From a virus (taxonomy: Duplodnaviria; Caudoviricetes), in IMG/VR virus record IMGVR_UViG_3300047561_001970, positions 1 to 64,000 of that record: DNA of 64,000 bases, one strand, 5' to 3'. Positions 57,599-64,000 of the stretch are shown piece by piece (position 1 is the first letter of the stretch; the number at the start of each line of letters is the position of its first letter). The position numbers were made by a program, and so were the translations under genes. The notes below the pieces were generated by a model. That model saw only the letters and a list, made by a program, of their open reading frames with translations. It ran no database searches and was not told the DNA's origin.

Positions 57599-58474
57599 AT
57601 GAGTACAAAAACTATCAAATCCATCCTAAAAGAAGCAACCCAAGATCTCCTGTCTGAAGAAGTTCTTAATGACATAGAAGCAGTATTCAATGCCAAGGTA
57701 AACGAGAAGGTTGAACTGCATGTTACCAAAGCACTCACAGAACAAGATGAAGATTATAGCAAGAAACTAGAACATCTTTTGGATGCTGTGGATGCTGATC
57801 ACACTCTCAAATTGCAAAAAGTTGTTGAAGCTCTTGATGCAACCCATGCAGACAAACTCAAAGCCATTGTAGAGAAGTACACCAATGTTATCCGTGCTGA
57901 AGCCAAGAGCTTCAAGACAGAGACCATCAACAATGTTAGCACATATCTAGAAACTTATCTGGATGAAACCATCCCCACTGAAGAAATTCAAACGGCCGTC
58001 AAGAACAAACGTGCTCTTGAAATACTTGGACAGTTAAGAACAATTTTGGGCGTTGATGCTGCCCTTGCGAAAGAAAGTATTCGCAACGCCGTCGTTGACG
58101 GAAAGAATCAACTAAATGAAGCTTCCACGAAGCTTGAAGCCGTTACAAAAGAGCTAGCAGCTGCCAAAGCGCAACTGGCTGCTCGTGATGCAGAACTTAC
58201 TCTCGAAAAGAAGACAGTAGGTCTCACATCACGTAAGCGTGATTATGTTAACAAAGTAATGCATGGTAAAAATGCCACGTTCATTACTGAGAACATTGAT
58301 TATGCTTTGAGCTTGTTTGACAAGACAGAAAAAGAACGGCTTCACAACATCAAGGAAGAGGCTGTAACTGAAGCCGCTGCCTCACAAGTTGATCGCCCTG
58401 TAGAAGAGGGTGTTCAAACTGTTGAGGAAAGCGCTCAAGTCAATCCTTACCTTGCTGAATTATCCAAATACTAA
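57599..58474 (+). CDS. gp22: Prohead core scaffolding protein
   Basis: Coiled coil, IEAVFNAKV, ETINNVSTYLETYLDE; directly upstream of the MCP gene. Confidence 0.88.
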   Translation: MSTKTIKSILKEATQDLLSEEVLNDIEAVFNAKVNEKVELHVTKALTEQDEDYSKKLEHLLDAVDADHTLKLQKVVEALDATHADKLKAIVEKYTNVIRAEAKSFKTETINNVSTYLETYLDETIPTEEIQTAVKNKRALEILGQLRTILGVDAALAKESIRNAVVDGKNQLNEASTKLEAVTKELAAAKAQLAARDAELTLEKKTVGLTSRKRDYVNKVMHGKNATFITENIDYALSLFDKTEKERLHNIKEEAVTEAAASQVDRPVEEGVQTVEESAQVNPYLAELSKY

Positions 58475-58556
58475 TTTTGGTTGAGGCAATTGCCTGAATA
58501 ATGTTGTAGAATTTACATATTCTACAGGTCGAAAATTAAGGAGAACAAAATCTATT
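58475..58556 (+). promoter_or_regulatory. Structured 5' leader of the major capsid gene
   Basis: Palindrome AGGCAATTGCCT (58484-58495); hairpin TGTAGAAT/ATTCTACA (58505-58526); SD AAGGAG 58538-58543. Confidence 0.55.
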
Positions 58557-60029
58557 ATGAAATCAATCAGACCGACAACGGCCTATATTGATGAGTCTCG
58601 CGCCAAAGCGTTGCTCGAAAAGTGGAAGCCAGTTTTGGATTACACTTCAGACAACGTCAGGCCCATTGAAGACGATCACACTCGCTTAAATACAGCTATG
58701 CTCTTGGAAAACCAAGAGTCCTGGTGTATTGGCGAAGCGAACGTTGCCGGTGGAACAGGCTCGGTATTCGGTGGTTCATACAGTGGTACAGGTGGAATGG
58801 GTGGCCAAGGCGGTGCTTTTGGCAACGCGTCCCCCCAAGGCGACTGGTATGCAACTGGCGATTCCCGCTTGCCCAAGATACTCATCCCAATGATTCGTAG
58901 AACGTTCCCCGAGCTAATCACCAATGAAATTGTAGGCGTACAGCCCATGGGCGGACCAGTAGGTCTTGCCTTTGCTTTACGTTATAAGTATTCCGCTAAC
59001 CAGCTAGGTAATGATGGCGTCGACGGTTCCGGCACAAATGCCGGTGCCGCTCTCGGCAGCCCTCAATCCGCCGCTGCAGGCAAAGAACTTGGCTACCAGT
59101 ATCTCGATACCCGTTACACGGGCACATCGAGCTCTAAACTCTCCGGTGGCGATGCCTTGGCAGCCTCTCTCTTCCCCTCAATCGGGGCAGATCAGGGCGT
59201 TGCTCAGGTCCTCGCTAACTTCGAATTGACGGGTAAAATCCCTCAGATCGAAGTTTCGTTTGAAAAAACGGCCGTCGAAGCTGGTACTCGTAGACTTGCT
59301 GCACGCTGGTCTGTGGAACTCGAACAGGATCTTAAGAACATGAATGGCATCGATATCGATACCGAACTCACCAACGCTATGTCGTATGAGTTGCAGGCCG
59401 AAATCGATCGCGAAATGATTGTTCGTATGATCCAAGTTTCGCTGAATGCTGGAGCCGGTACAGGTTATTCTGTATGGTCCCCCGCTTCCGCGGATGGTCG
59501 CTGGTTAGTAGAGCGCAATCGCGACTTCTACCAACGTTTGATCATCGAGGCTAACAGAATCGCAGTTCGTAACCGTCGTGGTGCTGCCAACTTTATAGTT
59601 GCAACACCTCGCGTTTGCGCGATTCTCGAGATGCTTCCTGAGTTTCAATGGGTGCCCGTCCAAGGCAATGTCAACACTCAACCTGTTGGCGTAGCCAAGG
59701 TAGGCAACCTAGGTGGTCGTTTCAACGTATACCGTGATACACGCACAGAAGCCCAATATGAGGGTGGATTGCGTGGTACGCGCGTAGAGTACGCCCTATT
59801 GGGCTACAAAGGACCAGAGTTTTATGACACTGGTATCATCTACTGCCCGTACATCCCGGTTATGGTACAACGTACAATTGGCCCCAATGACTTCAGCCCC
59901 CGTGTTGGTCTTCTGACCCGCTACGGTGTTGTTGATAACATCTTTGGCGCTAACTTGTATTATCATACCATCTTGTTGAGCGGTCTCGGTCAAGCGTTCA
60001 CGCCCGGTACACAATCTGTGTACTTCTAA
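58557..60029 (+). CDS. gp23: Major capsid protein
   Basis: LLEKWKPVL, LIPMIRRTFPELITNEIVGVQPMGGPVGLAFALRY, RRLAARWSVELEQDL, YCPYIP, F-S-PRVGLLTRYG. Confidence 0.98.
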   Translation: MKSIRPTTAYIDESRAKALLEKWKPVLDYTSDNVRPIEDDHTRLNTAMLLENQESWCIGEANVAGGTGSVFGGSYSGTGGMGGQGGAFGNASPQGDWYATGDSRLPKILIPMIRRTFPELITNEIVGVQPMGGPVGLAFALRYKYSANQLGNDGVDGSGTNAGAALGSPQSAAAGKELGYQYLDTRYTGTSSSKLSGGDALAASLFPSIGADQGVAQVLANFELTGKIPQIEVSFEKTAVEAGTRRLAARWSVELEQDLKNMNGIDIDTELTNAMSYELQAEIDREMIVRMIQVSLNAGAGTGYSVWSPASADGRWLVERNRDFYQRLIIEANRIAVRNRRGAANFIVATPRVCAILEMLPEFQWVPVQGNVNTQPVGVAKVGNLGGRFNVYRDTRTEAQYEGGLRGTRVEYALLGYKGPEFYDTGIIYCPYIPVMVQRTIGPNDFSPRVGLLTRYGVVDNIFGANLYYHTILLSGLGQAFTPGTQSVYF

Positions 60030-60071
60030 GCCGAACTCAACGGTAGTACTAAATTTCCAGTATGTCCTGGT

Positions 60072-60101
60072 AAAAAAAGAGGCCTTCGGGCCTCTTTTTT
60101 T
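60072..60101 (+). terminator. Rho-independent terminator with C(UUCG)G tetraloop
   Basis: AAAAAAAGAGGCC-TTCG-GGCCTCTTTTTTT after the gp23 stop. Confidence 0.95.
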
Positions 60102-60121
60102 GTTTAAAGGTATGCATAAAA

Positions 60122-60129
60122 TATAAATA
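60122..60129 (+). promoter_or_regulatory. T4-type late promoter
   Basis: TATAAATA, 4 nt before ATG 60134. Confidence 0.85.
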
Positions 60130-60133
60130 ACAT

Positions 60134-61219
60134 ATGGCCATAGTACCACTTTCTGACTTAAAAACTTCATTCTCATCTGGCCACATTCCAAGCTCCAATG
60201 ATTTTGCAAACTTAATTGACACCACCAGCGCTCTACCCTCAGGTGGTATCATTGGTTCAGTATACACAACAAACTTGACGCTAGTGCAAGGCGCGACCGG
60301 GATCCCCGTGATTATAGGTGGTAATACCTATTATCTGCCTGTGTTCACCACAGTCACTGCACCTTCACCAAACCAAACAGCATACACCACCACAGTGAGA
60401 CAAACATATCCAAATGCAATGCTGGCAGAAACTGTGGGTGCAAGATGTGCCACAGTCATACAGAGTCTGTGTGGTTATGCACCAGGTGATGTGATTGCAG
60501 CAGCTTGCATATGCTCAGATGATAAAAATGCTCCCATTTTCCCCAACAACACATTTGGTCAATACCCCACATCTTTGCAACAATTTTCTGGGCCATTCTT
60601 CGCAGGTGGCATTGGTGGTTATCCTTTCCCAGGCATTGTGGGGCTGTTTGCATGGATGAGCCATGTGACCACACCTGGTGCATTGTTCATATATGTGCAC
60701 CCACACATTGGCATCACTCAGAGTGGTCAGGTGGGGTTCATGAAGCGCCGAGGTCAACAAGGCAATCTGGATCGAACATGTGGTGCTGTGAATGCAGCAC
60801 AAGCCAGAATTGTGGGTACACTGAGTGCAACAGCACCTGTATTCCCAAGTGCAGAATTTACTGTTAATGATTTTCAACAATATACTCTGGTGAATGCACT
60901 GTATTCCAACAAAACCACACGCAATGCACTCACAGCAGCTGCACCAGTGCAAGGTGGCACATATGCCCAGAGAATGAAGATAGCTACTGATGCTATTCTG
61001 GTTGCAGCATTGAGTGCAGTGGAAACAATTTTGCCCATATCTTATGGTGCCTTCTTCCAGGGTGAAAACACAGTGGATGTGTTTGTGCATGCAGGCACAT
61101 TCATCAATGTGGATGATGGTTACAGTGCTTACATAGACACCATTGCATTCAAGAAATACAATCCAGTCACACAGACATTCACCACCCTCACCAATGCTTT
61201 CACAGCAGCTTTTGTTTGA
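60134..61219 (+). CDS. LCIB/LCIC-family beta-carbonic anhydrase with structural-type N-terminal module
   Basis: CSDD, GPFFAGGIGGYPFPGIVG...SHV, LFIYVHPHIGI, RRGQ, TCGA: the LCIB-family signature with Cys/His/Cys Zn ligands and Asp/Arg. Confidence 0.85.
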   Translation: MAIVPLSDLKTSFSSGHIPSSNDFANLIDTTSALPSGGIIGSVYTTNLTLVQGATGIPVIIGGNTYYLPVFTTVTAPSPNQTAYTTTVRQTYPNAMLAETVGARCATVIQSLCGYAPGDVIAAACICSDDKNAPIFPNNTFGQYPTSLQQFSGPFFAGGIGGYPFPGIVGLFAWMSHVTTPGALFIYVHPHIGITQSGQVGFMKRRGQQGNLDRTCGAVNAAQARIVGTLSATAPVFPSAEFTVNDFQQYTLVNALYSNKTTRNALTAAAPVQGGTYAQRMKIATDAILVAALSAVETILPISYGAFFQGENTVDVFVHAGTFINVDDGYSAYIDTIAFKKYNPVTQTFTTLTNAFTAAFV

Positions 61220-61480
61220 TACAGTTCAAACAAATAAACTTATTTAATGCTTCACCCTCGCACCGTATACGGCGCAGCATTTTGCACCTGATGTCACCAC
61301 CAGGATTGGACTATATCTTCACATGTTTGTGCTGCTTGTTCGTGCTGGTTATTAAGGATTCCTGTTCCTCCAGTAGTCTCTACACCTTCCAGAGAAGCGT
61401 CTCTGGCTTGGCTCGGGATTGTCTCCACAGGAGAGTTTCCCCGAATTAAAGCAGTAGGGGCCATTGTTTCAAAGATCTGA
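61210..61480 (-). ncRNA. Group I ribozyme (intron core P3-P9 with P7.1 insertion), free-standing
   Basis: P AAUUCGGGGAAAC, Q CAAUCCCGAGCCAAGC, R GAAGGUGUAGAGACUA, S GUGAAGAUAUAGUCCA. P3 CUGCUU/AAGCAG, P7 GACUA/UAGUC with bulged A, P8 and P9 with GUGA loop all pair. Confidence 0.9.
61211..61234. terminator. Hairpin between convergent transcripts (possible weak terminator)
   Basis: TTTGTTTGA-TACAGT-TCAAACAAA, 9 bp, overlaps the CA stop codon; no strong U-tract on either side. Confidence 0.45.
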
Positions 61481-61483
61481 TAA

Positions 61484-61491
61484 TATTTATA
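61484..61491 (-). promoter_or_regulatory. T4-type late promoter preceding the ribozyme
   Basis: TATAAATA overlapping the stop of the upstream gene; no credible CDS follows. Confidence 0.7.
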
Positions 61492-62509
61492 CATAAACAT
61501 ACAAAGAATGTAAGTACCCTAAACCTAATCCGTCACCAGACACATGCACAGGTCCTGCACTCTTATATCTACCATGGTACTTAGCTGGTTTAAAATATTG
61601 TCCATCAGGGTATGTTACTGGATTAAAAGTCCAGCGATAAGCAGGCATAATGCTTGCATCTTGCAGTTTGTTGCTGTTGGTTTCAAAGGTTTCTGCCCCC
61701 CACATTATTCCTGTTCCTGAAGCTGGAATAGTAAAAAACCCTACTTGCCATTTATTAATGGCCATGTTGAACAATATGGTACCATCAAATGCCAGTACCC
61801 CACCTGTACTAGTTAACTGATATACTGGACCAAAATTATTACCATTGGCATCTGTATAGGAATCAGCTTTTTTAAAATATTCACCTTCAAATGTGCCACC
61901 ATCAGGCCCACCAGTTGTTAAGAAACCTTCTTGTGTAACAGTTTGTCTTCCTTGTTGTGGTCTCAATTGCCTGGATCCCCACATGCACCAGCTTATGATC
62001 AACCTAGCAGAACATGTCAAAGGCCGTGTAGAGCCTGTGCGATTTTTAATCCAAGCAGTTAAACTGGATTTGAATGCTGCACTGTTGTATTTGCTGTCAT
62101 TGATAATTTTTGTGAATTTAAAATTAGGGTATGAATAAAAAAGAGCTGCATCTGGCACATCTCTTATTCTTTTGATATTGTATGCTTGATGTCCGCTCAT
62201 AACATAATCTGTTGATGCATTAGCTGCCGATAAAGAAAAGCTGTGCATGGTTATGTATCTTTGAACCAGTCCTACTTTGCCACTTGTGGAGTATTTGGCA
62301 TCTAAATCACTATTTGCCTCACCACCATATCCATCATGTATCACATAACTATTGTTATAATATTCACTAATTTTTCCGCTATCTCTTGCTTGACCATCAT
62401 ATGTTATGAGAAGTGGTCGGCTTCGAGGGTAATTTTGAGGAGTACTCACACCATCTACTACCGAAATGGAAGTCTTCACAAACTGACTGGGCTGAGTTGC
62501 AATCATCAT
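61487..62509 (-). CDS. Hypothetical structural/fibre-associated protein
   Basis: 340 aa from ATG 62509 (ATGA overlap with the upstream gene); G/S/T/aromatic-rich. Confidence 0.75.
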   Translation of the reverse strand: MMIATQPSQFVKTSISVVDGVSTPQNYPRSRPLLITYDGQARDSGKISEYYNNSYVIHDGYGGEANSDLDAKYSTSGKVGLVQRYITMHSFSLSAANASTDYVMSGHQAYNIKRIRDVPDAALFYSYPNFKFTKIINDSKYNSAAFKSSLTAWIKNRTGSTRPLTCSARLIISWCMWGSRQLRPQQGRQTVTQEGFLTTGGPDGGTFEGEYFKKADSYTDANGNNFGPVYQLTSTGGVLAFDGTILFNMAINKWQVGFFTIPASGTGIMWGAETFETNSNKLQDASIMPAYRWTFNPVTYPDGQYFKPAKYHGRYKSAGPVHVSGDGLGLGYLHSLYVYV

Positions 62510-63351
62510 ATGTACCGTCCTATGAGATAAACTTTCAAACCCACACCAGGCATGGTACTGCCCACTTGTGTCACATTGATGCACATTCTGTCATTCTCTA
62601 CACATGCATAGCTAACTGCTGTATCAGCTACTACTGCCCCTGCAGTCATGGTCACTGTGCCTGCAGTGTTGTTGTTGGTTTGAGAGCTCAAAGAGAATAT
62701 GAGACTGGATCCAGTAGCAGCAGTATTCAGACCACCTTTGATTTTGGTCAGAGTGAAGCTTTGAGGCACAGTGAAAATTATTTTGGCATCACCTGTGGTG
62801 ATGTTGGCTTGTTCATCACTGGCTGCAAAAGCTAAGCTGGTCAATGACCAGGCAGCACTGTTGGTATTTGTAGTAGTGTATGTGCTGTTCCATGCATTGC
62901 TGTTGCCCCCAAGTGCAGTGATAATATTATTGGTACTCAAGACACCTGATACAGTAGTATTGCCAGATATGGCCACCTTGGCAGTGCTGTCAATTGTTCT
63001 TCCTATGGCAATTCTGGTACCAGATACAATGAAAGTGCTGGTATTGTAGGCACCAGCTACAACTGTGTCTGTGTCCAATACCTCCAATATGGGCAATCCG
63101 GTAATATCATTAACAGACATTAAGGATCCAGTCAGGGCATCAGAAACAGAAAACAATCTGCCCTGTGCACCATCCACGGTGAATCTATTCAATGCTGTTA
63201 GTGCTGTGGTATAGCTTGTAATGTTTAACCCACCACCATTATCGTAATTTAAACGAACAGCGCTGTTTAATGCAGCTACTGTAGAGGCTCCCGCTGCATT
63301 TCTATCAAAGAATATGGCGCCAGAAACAGGTACAACTAACACATTAGGCAT
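62506..63351 (-). CDS. Fibre-like structural protein
   Basis: DGAQGRLFSVSD...SVNDITGLPILEV module; NSNAWNSTYTTTNTNSAAW repeat shared with 51228/51980; C-terminal beta-sandwich. Confidence 0.75.
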   Translation of the reverse strand: MPNVLVVPVSGAIFFDRNAAGASTVAALNSAVRLNYDNGGGLNITSYTTALTALNRFTVDGAQGRLFSVSDALTGSLMSVNDITGLPILEVLDTDTVVAGAYNTSTFIVSGTRIAIGRTIDSTAKVAISGNTTVSGVLSTNNIITALGGNSNAWNSTYTTTNTNSAAWSLTSLAFAASDEQANITTGDAKIIFTVPQSFTLTKIKGGLNTAATGSSLIFSLSSQTNNNTAGTVTMTAGAVVADTAVSYACVENDRMCINVTQVGSTMPGVGLKVYLIGRYI

Positions 63352-63357
63352 ACATTA

Positions 63358-63365
63358 TATTTATA
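63358..63365 (-). promoter_or_regulatory. T4-type late promoter
   Basis: TATAAATA, 6 nt before ATG 63351. Confidence 0.75.
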
Positions 63366-64000
63366 GGAAAAACCTGCTCTTTGTAGCGTTATAGTTCTGC
63401 AGGATTTCTGTTTGGGATAATGCTCGGTTGTATATGGTTACATTATGCAAATTTGAGTTTGTATCAGAGGGTCTCCCTTGTGCGTTTCCTATTGTCAACG
63501 TATCAGAATTAGTCAAATTACCTAAAGTGAAACTATTATTTGTAACAGATGATATGAGCTGCCCATTTCTATATTGTCTTAATGTATTGTTTAAGCCATT
63601 ATTAGATCTTTCGGCTACAAAGCTATAAAAACAAATAGAACTCAATATGTGTATTTGTGTAGAAGAGGTTATTAGATTTGGAGTAATATCATAGTAAAAT
63701 CCTGTGCTGTATCTAAAAGTAAATCCATTAAGTGAACCGGGGCTGGTTGTTGTACCTCTTTTAGTTAGATAACCACCATAGGTAGCTTCAATATTGAATA
63801 TGTTACATATTAAATTTATACTAAAAGAACTTGTTCCAAAATTTCCTAAAGTATTGTTTGAGCATTGTATTGAACTGCCATTGAGATTTATACTTCCACC
63901 GTATTCGTTTAAAAATGTAAAACTTCCAAGATTGAAATCATTGTTATTATTACTTAAATCTCTCCAAACACTTCCACTTCTTGGATAACTCTTATTATTA
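63361..64000 (-). CDS. LamG/concanavalin A-like domain protein, C-terminal part (runs off window end)
   Basis: Frame is open from 63999: NNKSYPRSGSVWRDLS...QYRNGQL...VTIYNRALSQTEILQNYNATKSRFFL. Confidence 0.85.
   Translation of the reverse strand, partial: NNKSYPRSGSVWRDLSNNNNDFNLGSFTFLNEYGGSINLNGSSIQCSNNTLGNFGTSSFSINLICNIFNIEATYGGYLTKRGTTTSPGSLNGFTFRYSTGFYYDITPNLITSSTQIHILSSICFYSFVAERSNNGLNNTLRQYRNGQLISSVTNNSFTLGNLTNSDTLTIGNAQGRPSDTNSNLHNVTIYNRALSQTEILQNYNATKSRFFL

Noticed and set aside
60456-61090. Antisense and alternative-frame ORFs over the carbonic anhydrase (191, 75 and 71 aa)
   Set aside because: Shadow frames produced by CA/TG-rich codon usage with few antisense stops; Cys/His-rich nonsense composition.
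61216-61500. ORFs 61216-61449 (+, 77 aa) and 61294-61500 (-, 68 aa)
   Set aside because: They overlap the group I core, whose sequence is explained by RNA pairing. They show no protein motifs, and the CG content is unlike neighbouring genes.
1-64000. Stop-codon reassignment or tRNA genes
   Set aside because: Long genes are intact under the standard code, and TAA, TAG and TGA all end genes. No cloverleaf or T-loop (GTTCRA) context was recognised in the few intergenic gaps; tRNAscan would be needed to be certain.

Overview
A 64-kb segment of a large, AT-rich T4-like myovirus genome, apparently from an uncultured lineage. It uses the standard genetic code, and I saw no tRNAs, CRISPR arrays or transposases by eye. 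Positions 1-14.7 kb hold replication and recombination genes: the gp43 3' end, UvsX, gp41, a gp59-like protein, gp32, gp45 and gp61. These are interleaved with a cytidylyltransferase, QueC plus a class II glutamine amidotransferase, a glycosyltransferase and an RmlD-like epimerase/reductase. Positions 14.7-64 kb are mostly morphogenesis genes: gp14, gp17, gp3, gp18, gp19, baseplate genes, a gp16-like gene, very large lectin/propeller tail proteins, gp13, gp4, gp21, gp22 and gp23. dUTPase and gp44 are embedded among them. Almost every promoter, whether T4 late TATAAATA-type or sigma70-type, sits 4-7 nt from a start codon, which implies largely leaderless mRNAs. The most unusual locus is directly after the major capsid gene. 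It has (i) a late-expressed LCIB-type beta-carbonic anhydrase fused to a phage structural-type N-terminal peptide. It also has (ii) a complete group I ribozyme core on the opposite strand (about 61480-61210, minus), with its own late promoter, no homing endonuclease and no obvious interrupted gene. Its flanks fit a naturally circularly permuted intron that would release a 24-nt RNA circle. Protein assignments come from motif recognition, not database searches.
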